This document shows, one piece after another, positions 10,485-19,789 of a stretch of 64,000 nucleotides of DNA. Source of the DNA: Candidatus Aalborgicola defluviihabitans (GTDB lineage Bacteria; Pseudomonadota; Gammaproteobacteria; Burkholderiales; Burkholderiaceae_C). The translations under genes were made by a program, and so were the position numbers. The stretch is from the NCBI GenBank assembly GCA_016705575.1, contig JADIXX010000003.1:788500-852499 (forward strand). The letters run 5' to 3'. Position 1 is the stretch's first letter. Each line of letters begins with the position of its first letter. The notes under the pieces are model-generated. The model did not search any database. It was not told the origin of the DNA and was given only the letters and a program-made list of their open reading frames with translations.

Positions 10485-11581
10485 TCAGGGTTTGGTGAGC
10501 GAGCGGCGGCTTGGCGTGCGGGTCTTCGGCAGACCGACGCGGGACAGTTCCACCTCTGCCTCGGGGATCTCAATGGCGGGCAGTTCGTTCAGGCGTGCGG
10601 CGTCGTAAGCGTCCACCACGCGCGCCACCAGCGGGTGGCGCACGATATCCAAGCTGGTCAGGTGGGTGATGGCAATGCCACTCACCCGGCGTAGCACGCG
10701 TTCGGCATCCACTAGGCCGCTGAGCTGGGTCTTGGGCAGATCAATCTGTGTCAGGTCACCGGTGATGACCGCCTTGGCACCAAAGCCAATGCGGGTCAAA
10801 AACATCTTCATCTGTTCGGGTGTGGTGTTTTGTGCTTCGTCAAGAATCACAAAGGCATTGTTCAGCGTGCGTCCACGCATAAAGCCCAGCGGGGCGATTT
10901 CCAGTTGTTGGCGCTCAAAGGCCTTGTGCACTTGGTCGTAGCCCATCAGGTCATACAGTGCGTCGTAGAGCGGGCGCAGGTAGGGGTCTACCTTTTGGTT
11001 GAGGTCACCGGGCAAAAAGCCCAGGCGCTCGCCAGCCTCTACCGCCGGGCGGGTCAGGATAATGCGCTGTACCGCGCTGCGTTGCAGTGCGTCCACCGCA
11101 GCGGCCACTGCCAGGTAGGTCTTGCCGGTGCCAGCAGGTCCAATGCCAAAGGTGATGTCGTGCTCGGCAATGTTGTCCAGGTAGCGTGCCTGGTTTTTGC
11201 TGCGCGGCTTAAGGTCGGCGCGGCGGGTGGCCAGGTGGGGCCATCGTTCTCATGGCCCGAACCGTCGCCGGTAAGCATGAGTTGCACCGTGGCCGGGCTA
11301 ATGGGCTTGGCGGCCATTTCGTACAAGGCCTGCAGCATGTCCATGGCGCGCTGGGCTTTGGCCTTTGCGCCTTCGACCTTGAATTGCTCGTGCCGGTGGG
11401 CAATGCGCACCTCCAGCGCTGCTTCAATGGTGCGCAGGTGCTCGTCGGTGGGGCCGCACAGGTGGGACAGGCGGTTGTTGTTGAGCGGGGTAAAGCTGTG
11501 TCTGAGAATCAAGTTGATAATTCCGGGCAAGGGTGGCGGGATAGGCCTCCCATCATAGGCAACAAACGGCAGATAACCCAA
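10485..11581 (-). pseudogene. phoH: PhoH-family ATPase (YbeZ-like) split by a single frameshift at a short G/C run (or a sequencing error)
   Basis: The N-terminal ORF 11054..11581 (NNNRLSHLCGPTDEHLRTIE) loses similarity after ...HENDG. A frame change at the G4 run 11237-11240 restores [44 protein letters not shown], which continues into ORF 10485..11108 ([32 protein letters not shown]). The true start is probably downstream of 11581 (for example TTG 11512). Confidence 0.85.
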
Positions 11582-11589
11582 GGCATACG

Positions 11590-12162
11590 ATGATTGGCAA
11601 ACTTACAGGCATTCTCAGCGACAAAAATCCGCCCCAGGTGATTGTGGATTGTGGTGGTGTCGGCTACGAGGTGCAGGTGCCCATGGGCACGTTCTACAAC
11701 CTGCCCGCCAGTGGTGAAAAGGTGTCGCTGCTGACCCATTTTGTGGTGCGCGAGGATGCGCAGATTTTGTACGGCTTTGCTTCGGAGGCCGAGCGCGCCG
11801 CGTTTCGTGAATTGATCAAAATTTCGGGTGTGGGGCCGCGCACGGCGCTGTCGGTCTTGTCCGGCATGAGTGTGGGCGAACTCTCGCAGGCCGTAACCTT
11901 GCAAGAGGCGGGTCGCCTGATCAAGGTGCCGGGCATTGGCAAGAAAACAGCCGAGCGCTTGCTGCTCGAACTCAAAGGCAAGCTTGGGGCCGACATTGGG
12001 GCTAGTGCCACCTTGGTCAACGACGCACAGGCCGATATTCTGCAGGCCCTGCTGGCGCTGGGCTACAGCGACAAGGAAGCGGCCGCCGCGCTGAAGGCTT
12101 TGCCGGTTGATGTGGGTGTAAGTGAGGGCATCAAGCTGGCGCTAAAGGCTTTGGCGCGATAG
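11590..12162 (+). CDS. ruvA: Holliday junction branch-migration complex subunit RuvA
   Basis: MIGKLTGIL...GVGYEV OB-fold N-terminus and two HhH motifs ([13 protein letters not shown]; [15 protein letters not shown]). Confidence 0.95.
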   Translation: MIGKLTGILSDKNPPQVIVDCGGVGYEVQVPMGTFYNLPASGEKVSLLTHFVVREDAQILYGFASEAERAAFRELIKISGVGPRTALSVLSGMSVGELSQAVTLQEAGRLIKVPGIGKKTAERLLLELKGKLGADIGASATLVNDAQADILQALLALGYSDKEAAAALKALPVDVGVSEGIKLALKALAR

Positions 12163-12226
12163 GCCCCAAACGGTGTAGAACGCGTGCACAATTTCACCCA
12201 TTGACTCACGGATATCGGAGGTCGCT

Positions 12227-12637
12227 ATGACAATCGAATGGAATATCAGCTATGACATCGGTGATGTCCAGATCAACCACCAGCACCGGCGCTTGTTTGT
12301 GTTGGCGAATCAAGTCTTGCGCGCCAAAGAGAAGGTCGAGTTGCTGGACTGCGTGGTGCGCTTGTTTCAGTACATCGAAGAGCACTTCGCATACGAAGAG
12401 GCCCTGATGCAAAAAGCCAACTTCCCGTTGTTGGGTGAACACGTGCAGTCACACCAGAAACTGACTACGAGCCTGGAGTCGCTGAGTGGACAAGATCTCG
12501 ACGACGCGACTTACAAAGCGGCGTTTGAGACACTGTTTCGCAGTTGGGCCTTGGAGCACATACCGCACGAGGATGCCAAGTTGGCTGAATACCTGAACTA
12601 TGGCGATACACGCAGGGCCGACATCACTACCTTGTGA
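12227..12637 (+). CDS. Bacteriohemerythrin-like metal-binding protein
   Basis: Hemerythrin ligand pattern: INHQHRRLF, HFAYEEALM, HVQSHQKL, EHIPHEDAKL. 136 aa. Confidence 0.85.
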   Translation: MTIEWNISYDIGDVQINHQHRRLFVLANQVLRAKEKVELLDCVVRLFQYIEEHFAYEEALMQKANFPLLGEHVQSHQKLTTSLESLSGQDLDDATYKAAFETLFRSWALEHIPHEDAKLAEYLNYGDTRRADITTL

Positions 12638-12712
12638 GAGTGCGCCATGGCTTGCGCGCGCTATAGTGGACGTTGAACAGCCCGATTCTCTAGCACCAAA
12701 GCGCGACACCCC

Positions 12713-13774
12713 GTGAGCATCCAGACCGACGACTTTTCCGCCCCGCCTGCCAAGCGCATGGTCTCCAGCGCGCCCACCTCGCCGCAAGAGGAGGCCATTG
12801 AACGCGCCCTGCGACCCAAGTTGCTCGACGAGTACGTGGGCCAAGCCAAGATCCGCGAGCAACTGGAGATTTTCATCAGCGCCGCCAAGATGCGCGGCGA
12901 AGCGCTGGACCATGTGCTGCTGTTTGGCCCGCCTGGCTTGGGTAAGACCACGCTGAGCCATATCGTGGCGGCCGAACTGGGCGTTAACCTGCGCCAGACC
13001 AGCGGCCCGGTGCTGGAAAAGCCGAAAGACCTGGCCGCGCTCTTGACCAATCTGGAAAAGAATGATGTGCTGTTCATCGACGAAATTCACCGCCTGAGCC
13101 CCGTGGTTGAAGAAATTTTGTACCCCGCACTGGAAGACTACAAGATCGACATCATGATCGGTGAAGGCCCGGCGGCGCGCAGCATCAAGCTTGACCTGCA
13201 GCCCTTCACCCTGGTGGGTGCCACCACCCGCGCCGGCATGCTCACCAACCCGTTGCGCGACCGTTTTGGCATCGTGGCGCGGCTGGAGTTCTACACGCCC
13301 GAGGAACTGGGCCGCATCGTGACGCGCAGCGCCGGCTTGCTGAAAGCGCCCATGGATGCCGAAGGAGGTTTCGAAATTGCACGCCGCTCACGCGGCACCC
13401 CGCGCATTGCCAACCGCCTGCTGCGCCGCGTGCGCGACTACGCGGACGTCAAAGGCACAGGCCACATCACCCTGGACATGGCCAACCGCGCGCTGGCCAT
13501 GCTGGACGTGGACCCGATGGGCTTTGACGTGATGGACCGCAAGCTGCTGGAGGCCGTGATTCACCGTTTTGACGGCGGCCCGGTGGGGCTGGACAACATA
13601 GCCGCCAGCATTGGCGAAGAACGGGAAACCATTGAAGACGTGATCGAGCCCTATCTCATCCAACAAGGTTACCTGCAACGCACCCCACGCGGACGCATTG
13701 CCACGCTGGCGGCGTACCGGCACCTGGGTGTTGCACCCAAGAGTGCGGGTGAAGGTTTGTTTGCTGCGGAGTAA
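12713..13774 (+). CDS. ruvB: Holliday junction DNA helicase RuvB
   Basis: AAA+ Walker [10 protein letters not shown], Walker [10 protein letters not shown], and [19 protein letters not shown] start at 12713. Confidence 0.96.
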   Translation: MSIQTDDFSAPPAKRMVSSAPTSPQEEAIERALRPKLLDEYVGQAKIREQLEIFISAAKMRGEALDHVLLFGPPGLGKTTLSHIVAAELGVNLRQTSGPVLEKPKDLAALLTNLEKNDVLFIDEIHRLSPVVEEILYPALEDYKIDIMIGEGPAARSIKLDLQPFTLVGATTRAGMLTNPLRDRFGIVARLEFYTPEELGRIVTRSAGLLKAPMDAEGGFEIARRSRGTPRIANRLLRRVRDYADVKGTGHITLDMANRALAMLDVDPMGFDVMDRKLLEAVIHRFDGGPVGLDNIAASIGEERETIEDVIEPYLIQQGYLQRTPRGRIATLAAYRHLGVAPKSAGEGLFAAE

Positions 13775-13776
13775 GC

Positions 13777-14678
13777 ATGGCGTATTGGCGTAGCCAGCAG
13801 GGCCGCGGCATTGTCTTGATTCTGTTGGCCACCCTGGCCTTTGCGTCACTGGACTCCGCCACTAAATACGCGGGCAAGCTGGCGCCTGTGCTGATGCTGC
13901 TGTGGTTTCGCTACCTGTTTCAGGCGGTGGCCACTTTTGTCCTGCGGTTCCCGGTGCAGGGGCGGACCTTGCTGCAGACTGCTAACCCCCGGTTTCAGGC
14001 GTTGCGTGGCGTGCTGCTGCTTATAACCAGTGCCTGCTCGTTTTTTGGCTTGCAGTATTTGCCGGTGGGTGAGTTCACGGCCATCGTGATGCTCTCTCCA
14101 CTGGCGGCCACCGCATTGGCCGCCTGGACACTCAAAGACCAAGTGTCCGCGCGGCGCTGGTTGTTGATGACCACCGGTCTGCTGGGGGTGTTGCTGGTGG
14201 TTCGCCCCGGCGGGCAGGTCTTCAGTTGGGCCTTGCTGTTTCCGGTGGTGCTGGTCAGCACCTACGCGGCGTTTCAGGTACTGACCAGCCGCCTCAGCGG
14301 TGAAGAAAACCCCTATACCACCCATTTTTATACCGGCCTGACCGGTACCCTGTTTATGACACCGGTGGCGGCCTTGTACTGGGACACCACCGCGTTTCTG
14401 GCGCATTGGCCATGGTTCATGCTGCTGGGGTTCTTTGGCACCTTTGGCCATTTGATGCTGATATGGGCTTTCATGCGGGCATCGGCCGTGGTGCTCACGC
14501 CGTATTTGTACTCGCAATTGCCTTTGCCACCCTGTTTGGCTGGCTGTTTTTTCAGCATGTACCCGACGGCTGGGCATGGTTGGGCATCGCTGTCATTGCC
14601 GCCAGTGGTGTGGGCAATGCTGTGCTATCGGTCTATGAATTACGCAAGGCGCGCGGTACCGATCCGCACGCAGCATGA
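13777..14678 (+). pseudogene. DMT/EamA-family transporter with a frameshift near the last TM helices (or a sequencing error)
   Basis: ORF 13777.. reads a normal EamA protein up to ...ASAVVLTPYLYSQ, then turns into non-membrane sequence. The overlapping frame (ORF 14406..14678) supplies the expected end IAFATLFGWLFFQHVPDGWAWLGIAVIAASGV. The switch point is TCGCAATTGCC at about 14517, consistent with one missing A. Confidence 0.8.
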
Positions 14679-14693
14679 AAGGCGGTACCCAAG

Positions 14694-15008
14694 TTGGAAT
14701 TGCTATTTGAAGTATTCGGCGAATTCCTGTTACAAGTCGTGGTGGAGGCCTTGCTGCAAGGCGGCATGCACACGCTGGCAGCGCCGTTTCAAAAACAGTC
14801 CAGCCCTTGGCGCGCGGGCACTGCCTATCTGGTGTTTGGTGCCGTAGTTGGTGGTATCAGTGTGGGCGCTGCCCACTACGTGCGGGGCCCGGCCTTGGGC
14901 GCTTGGCGAGCGCGACGGGGCCAAGCCGTGCTGCGCATCGACAAGTTTGCCTACGGCTACCTGTTTGCGCTGGCGTTTGGACTGATGCGCTTCTGGCTTG
15001 CACAGTAA
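14694..15008 (+). CDS. Hypothetical small membrane protein
   Basis: 104-aa ORF with hydrophobic segments (AYLVFGAVVGGISVGAA; YGYLFALAFGLMRFWL). No family recognised. Confidence 0.4.
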   Translation: MELLFEVFGEFLLQVVVEALLQGGMHTLAAPFQKQSSPWRAGTAYLVFGAVVGGISVGAAHYVRGPALGAWRARRGQAVLRIDKFAYGYLFALAFGLMRFWLAQ

Positions 15009-15013
15009 GGCGC

Positions 15014-15427
15014 TTACTCTCCACCCGTCACCCGCCCACGCAGTTTTTTCACATCCCCGCGCACGGCCTTGCCTTCCAGCCGCTTGCGCTGGGAGCTTTT
15101 GGTGGGTTTGGTCGCCCGGCGTGGCTTGGGCGGAACCGCCACACTGTCCACCAGCGCTTGCAGGCGTTCGATCGCATCTGCCTTGTTCTGATCCTGGCTG
15201 CGCGTGGTTTGCGCCTTGATCACCACCACGCCCTCACTTGTGATGCGCTGGTCGTTCAGCGCCAGAAGCCGCTCCTTGATGGGATCGGGCAGGCTGGATG
15301 CGGGAATGGCGTAGCGCAGGTGGATGGCGCTGGAGACCTTGTTGACGTTTTGACCACCCGCACCCTGGGCGCGGATGGCGCTGAATTCCACTTCGTCGGT
15401 ATTGATGGGTACCAAGGGTTCGGTCAT
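15014..15427 (-). CDS. arfB: Alternative ribosome-rescue factor ArfB (peptidyl-tRNA hydrolase, YaeJ family)
   Basis: GGQ motif (IRAQGAGGQNVNKVSSAIHLRY) and a basic C-terminal tail (KPRRATKPTKSSQRKRLEGK). Start taken at MTEPLV (ATG 15427); an alternative lies at 15457. Confidence 0.9.
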   Translation of the reverse strand: MTEPLVPINTDEVEFSAIRAQGAGGQNVNKVSSAIHLRYAIPASSLPDPIKERLLALNDQRITSEGVVVIKAQTTRSQDQNKADAIERLQALVDSVAVPPKPRRATKPTKSSQRKRLEGKAVRGDVKKLRGRVTGGE

Positions 15428-15466
15428 GCGCTGTATTTTCGGTGAAATGGCGGGCATACTGTGCGA

Positions 15467-16435
15467 ATGGAATTCAAGGACTACTACAAAACATTGGGGC
15501 TACAGCGCGGTGCGTCCGATGACGAGGTGCGCAAGGCCTACCGAAAACTGGCACGCAAGTACCACCCGGACGTCAGCAAAGAGGCCGATGCGCAGGTCAA
15601 GATGCGTGATGTCAACGAGGCCAAAGACGTGCTGGGCGACAAGGAAAAACGTGCCGCCTACGATGCCCTTGCCGACCGAGTGGCCAAGGGTGGCAATGCT
15701 GACGGCAGCTTCCAGCCACCGCCCGGTTGGGACGAGGGTTTCGAGTTTCACCGTGGGCCAGGCCAGGGGCCGGCGGACCATGCGGAGTTCAGCGAATTCT
15801 TTTCATCGGTGTTTGGCCGTGGCGAACACCGTGGTGCCCAGAGCCGCAAGTACCGGGCCCGTGGCGAAGACCAGCATGCCGCTATCGAGATTTCGATCGA
15901 AGATTCGCTTAAGGGCGCGGAACGCGACATCACCCTGCGCGCACTCGAAAGCGATGCCACGGGCAAGCCCACCATCGTCAACCACACGCTGCGCGTAAAG
16001 ATTCCGGCAGGCGTCCACCCGGGCCAGTTCATACGGCTAAGCGGCCACGGCCTCCCCGGTGAAGGGGGCGAGGGCGCCGGGGACCTGTACCTGGAAGTGC
16101 GCATTGCGCCGCACGCGCTGTACCGGGTTGAAGGTAGCGACCTCTACATGACCTTGCCGGTTACCCCCACCGAGGCGGCCCTGGGTGCCCAGGTGCAAGT
16201 ACCCACGCCGACCGGGGGGGTGGTGGAAGTTACCGTGCCACCCAGTGCCCGCAGCGGCCTGAAACTGCGCCTGAAAGACCGTGGCCTGCCAGGCAAACCG
16301 CCGGGCCACCTGTACCTTCTGCTCGACATTGCCCTGCCACCCGCCGACACCGATGCGGCGCGCAAGGCCTACGAACAACTGGCGCAGGCAGCGCCTTTCA
16401 ATCCAAGGCGCCATCTGGGCGTGGGGGGAGCGTGA
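15467..16435 (+). CDS. cbpA: Curved-DNA-binding protein CbpA (DnaJ-like co-chaperone without a Zn finger)
   Basis: J domain (KDYYKTLGL...KLARKYHPDVSK), DnaJ C-terminal beta domains, no CxxCxGxG repeats, and followed by cbpM. Confidence 0.9.
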   Translation: MEFKDYYKTLGLQRGASDDEVRKAYRKLARKYHPDVSKEADAQVKMRDVNEAKDVLGDKEKRAAYDALADRVAKGGNADGSFQPPPGWDEGFEFHRGPGQGPADHAEFSEFFSSVFGRGEHRGAQSRKYRARGEDQHAAIEISIEDSLKGAERDITLRALESDATGKPTIVNHTLRVKIPAGVHPGQFIRLSGHGLPGEGGEGAGDLYLEVRIAPHALYRVEGSDLYMTLPVTPTEAALGAQVQVPTPTGGVVEVTVPPSARSGLKLRLKDRGLPGKPPGHLYLLLDIALPPADTDAARKAYEQLAQAAPFNPRRHLGVGGA

Positions 16436-16437
16436 GC

Positions 16438-16752
16438 ATGGCTTTTGTTACGGTGATTTCTGCTGCGGCCATTGGCCTGGACAACCCCATTGCAGCCCGC
16501 GAACTGGCCCATGCCTGCGGTGCCGATATCGACTGGGTGGTGCAACTGGTAGAGGTTGGCATTGTGGAGGTGAAGCTTCCCACTGCACAACCCGACCAAT
16601 GGCAGTTCTATAGCCCGGATTTGCACCGCGCACTGGAAGCTCGGCGTCTGGAGCGCGACTTTGGTGTGGGGCTGGATGCCGCCGCGCTGATTTTGGATCT
16701 GGAGAACGAAGTGCGCCGGCTCAAGGCAGTGCTGCAGGCGCAGGGGCGCTAA
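16438..16752 (+). CDS. cbpM: Chaperone-modulator protein CbpM
   Basis: ~105-aa MerR-like ORF directly after cbpA. ATG 16438 is preceded by GGGGGAG; an alternative GTG 16432 overlaps the cbpA stop. Confidence 0.8.
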   Translation: MAFVTVISAAAIGLDNPIAARELAHACGADIDWVVQLVEVGIVEVKLPTAQPDQWQFYSPDLHRALEARRLERDFGVGLDAAALILDLENEVRRLKAVLQAQGR

Positions 16753-18478
16753 CACCCAATGGCTGCGCCGGCCTTGCGTTGTGCACAATCAAAACCTGCG
16801 CCGCGTAGTAGGTCGCCAAAATCCACAGCGATGAAAGCTCTACTGGCATAACGAACTTGTTGATGGCAATCAGCGAGTCGCTGACCATGAACACGCAGGC
16901 ACCCAGCGCCACCCAGCGCGCAGCGGCGTTGCCCAGCACCGTGGCGCGGCCAATGGCCTGGGCCGCCATGAGTGAGATCACTGTCACATAGGCAGCTACG
17001 GCCATCTTCAGCACTGGGTCGCGCAGTCCGCTCCACACAATGGCGTACATCACCGCCCCCACACCCAATACAACCAGCAATGCACGCTTGCTTGGAAACC
17101 AGGCTTGCCCTTGGCGAAACAGCGCGATGTAAAACACGTGCGCCACCAGGAATGACGCCAAGCCAGGGATGAAGTAGTTGCCAGGCAGCATCAGGAACAC
17201 ATCGCCCGCCAGTGAGAACAGCAGTGCGCCAATAAGTAATGCATCAAATCGATCTATAGCCCTCATGGAATATGCACGAACAGCTACAAAAAAAATAGCA
17301 ATCACCATGGTCAACGGTTTGAAGACCATGTAGCCGTCGATCATGCCCAGCGCCGCCAGCGTGGCCAGGGCGCCGCACTCCACCACCAGCACCTCCAACA
17401 TGCCAAAGCTTCCTTGCATGAAGCGACCGGTGGCCCACAAGCCCGATGCAATGGCCGCACACCAAATGGCTGCATCCACCGCTCCCATGCTGTCAACATG
17501 CCACAAAAATGCGAGCACGGCGGCCAGCGCCAGCCCAAACTGCGCGGCCGCAAACCATTGCTGCGCGCGTGTGAGGGGTGGGTTAAAAGTGGTTACCGCG
17601 TCCAGCGCGAAGGCGGGCTTGGGGTGGGCCTGCGCCATGGCGGAACTTTGCCAGCCCGGGGGCTTGAACCACACACGCAGCTTGTCGCCCCAGTTGGGTG
17701 CGTTCCATGATTCGCGAGCCAGCGCCGCGTACACCTCCAGATTGGCCCACAGCGGGTCCCAACTGTTGAGCGCGCCGCGTGTTCCATAAACGCAAGGTTC
17801 GGTCTCTTCCCGGAACGTGCCAAACAACCGGTCCCACAGAATCAGGATGCCACCGTAGTTCTTGTCGATATAGTCGTCATTGACCGCGTGGTGCACCCGG
17901 TGGTTGCTGGGTGAGCAAAACACCCGGTCAAACCAGCCCAGTTTGCCAATCTGCTCGGTGTGCACCCAAAACTGGTAGAGCAGATCAATCAGCAGCACGA
18001 TGCCAAATACGGCGGGCGGTACCCCCAGCACGGCCATGGGCAGGTAAAAAATCCAGCCCAGCAGCAAGCCGCTGGAGGTTTGGCGCAGCGCGGTGGACAG
18101 GTTGTAGTGCTGGCTTTGGTGGTGCACCACATGCGCTGCCCAAAACACCGCCACCACGTGGCCTGCGCGGTGCAGCCAGTAATAGCACAGGTCATACAAC
18201 ACCAAGGCCAGCAGCACGCCGTACCAGGTGGTCCAGAAGCTGTGATTTGGGAACACTGCCACGGCATGGAACACCAAAGCATAAATGCCCAGGCTCAACA
18301 ACTTGCCCAATGTGCCCGCCAATTGGCTGAGCATCCCCAGGCTGATGCTGTTAATGGCGTCGTTCAGACGGTAGGGTGTCTGACCTGCCGTGCGGCTGGC
18401 GCGGGAGCGGCTCCACAACAACTCCAGTGTGATCAATAGCAGGAAGATGGGGGTCGCGAAAACGATCACTTTGTTCAT
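16721..18478 (-). CDS. Fusion protein: fatty-acid hydroxylase/sterol-desaturase-family domain (N-terminal) + YhhN/lysoplasmalogenase-family domain (C-terminal)
   Basis: The N-terminal half has di-iron His boxes (HRAGH, HVVHHQSQHYN, HTEQ, HRVHHAVN). The C-terminal half is polytopic with YhhN-like motifs (LLFSLAGDVFLMLP; IPGLASFLVAHVFYIALF). It is one uninterrupted ORF. Confidence 0.8.
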   Translation of the reverse strand: MNKVIVFATPIFLLLITLELLWSRSRASRTAGQTPYRLNDAINSISLGMLSQLAGTLGKLLSLGIYALVFHAVAVFPNHSFWTTWYGVLLALVLYDLCYYWLHRAGHVVAVFWAAHVVHHQSQHYNLSTALRQTSSGLLLGWIFYLPMAVLGVPPAVFGIVLLIDLLYQFWVHTEQIGKLGWFDRVFCSPSNHRVHHAVNDDYIDKNYGGILILWDRLFGTFREETEPCVYGTRGALNSWDPLWANLEVYAALARESWNAPNWGDKLRVWFKPPGWQSSAMAQAHPKPAFALDAVTTFNPPLTRAQQWFAAAQFGLALAAVLAFLWHVDSMGAVDAAIWCAAIASGLWATGRFMQGSFGMLEVLVVECGALATLAALGMIDGYMVFKPLTMVIAIFFVAVRAYSMRAIDRFDALLIGALLFSLAGDVFLMLPGNYFIPGLASFLVAHVFYIALFRQGQAWFPSKRALLVVLGVGAVMYAIVWSGLRDPVLKMAVAAYVTVISLMAAQAIGRATVLGNAAARWVALGACVFMVSDSLIAINKFVMPVELSSLWILATYYAAQVLIVHNARPAQPLGVSAPAPAALP

Positions 18479-18616
18479 AAACGAATTTTCGCTGAGCGAA
18501 TGCATTGTGAAATGCGGGGCAACCCTATGCAAACCCTATGGAAATTTGGAGCTACCGGCACCATACTGCGGTCGTATTGGGGGCCACGGAGTCGGACGCT
18601 AACGCAGGGGGTTACC

Positions 18617-19789
18617 ATGGGTTTCAAGTACCTTTTTCAGGTGTTTATGGTTGTGTTTGGTTTGGCCGGGTGCGCGTCGACGCAGGTCGTTGGTGTGCTG
18701 CCCGAAGGCTTGTGGCACGACAGCCTGTTTGATTACCAAACGGCCCGCGTTACTGACAACGCTGACACAGTGTTCAAGCTGGATGAGTCCGTGCGCAAGC
18801 ATCTGGCGTCTTACGATCGCATGGGTTACACCACCGAAGGGCGGCTGGACCTTTTGATTTCCCGCCTGTACGGTCCATCGGGCATACGCCTTTCCTACAA
18901 CAGCGGCCACACCACCGGCGCATCGCAGACCTGGCACAACCAACGAGGCGATTGCCTGTCACTCACGATTTTGGCCTACGCTGCGGCCAAGTCCTTGGGC
19001 CTGTCGGCACACATGCAGGAAGTGCGTGTGCCGGTGTTGTTGGACCGGCGCGATGGCTTGGATTACGTCAACGAACACGTCAACCTGTTTGTACGCAACG
19101 ACACCGAGATTTTGATCAACGGGCAGGCCATTCAGGCCGGTGGATTCATCATCGATTTCGAGCCACAGGCCGGTTCGCGCGCAACCGGACAGTGGCTGAG
19201 CGAAAACGCCATCCTTGCCCGTTACTACAACAATCGCGCTACTGAATTTATGGCACATGACGACCGTGCCAATGCCTACGCCTACTACCGCGCCGCCATC
19301 AGGTTGGCGCCAGACTATGCGCCAGCCTTTTCCAATCTGGCGCAGCTGTATGCCAGTCAGAGTCTGCTGCATGAATCCGAGCAGTTGCTCGAGCACGCCA
19401 TTGCCCTGGATGGACCTTCTTACGCACCACTGCGGGGCATGGCGCAACTGCTGCAAATTCAAGGGCGCGATGAAGAAGCCAGGCATTTCCTGACACTGCT
19501 GGCCAAGCGGCAAACCGAGGACCCCTACTACTGGCTTGGGCTGGGCCTGAATGCATTGCATAACGGCCATCCCCATGACGCAGTGCAGGCCTTGGAGCGG
19601 GCCGCCGCCATCACCTCCGGATTTGAGGAAATTCACTACAACCTGGGTCTGGCCTACTGGCGCGACGGTCAGCGGGATGCCGCTCAAAAGCAACTGGTGG
19701 CGCTGCGCGCCATCAACAACCACAACCAGGGTATTGCCGTGCTGAGCAAGAAGCTGCAAGCGAACACGCCACAATCAGCGGTTTTCTGA
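18617..19789 (+). CDS. Lipoprotein with a transglutaminase-like cysteine-peptidase core and C-terminal TPR repeats
   Basis: Lipobox (VVFGLAGCAST). Candidate Cys-His-Asp arrangement (RGDCLSLTILAYAAAKSLGL ... NEHVNLFV ... FIIDFEP). TPR-like repeats (YYRAAIRLAPDYAPAFSNLAQLY; YNLGLAYWRDGQ). Confidence 0.7.
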   Translation: MGFKYLFQVFMVVFGLAGCASTQVVGVLPEGLWHDSLFDYQTARVTDNADTVFKLDESVRKHLASYDRMGYTTEGRLDLLISRLYGPSGIRLSYNSGHTTGASQTWHNQRGDCLSLTILAYAAAKSLGLSAHMQEVRVPVLLDRRDGLDYVNEHVNLFVRNDTEILINGQAIQAGGFIIDFEPQAGSRATGQWLSENAILARYYNNRATEFMAHDDRANAYAYYRAAIRLAPDYAPAFSNLAQLYASQSLLHESEQLLEHAIALDGPSYAPLRGMAQLLQIQGRDEEARHFLTLLAKRQTEDPYYWLGLGLNALHNGHPHDAVQALERAAAITSGFEEIHYNLGLAYWRDGQRDAAQKQLVALRAINNHNQGIAVLSKKLQANTPQSAVF

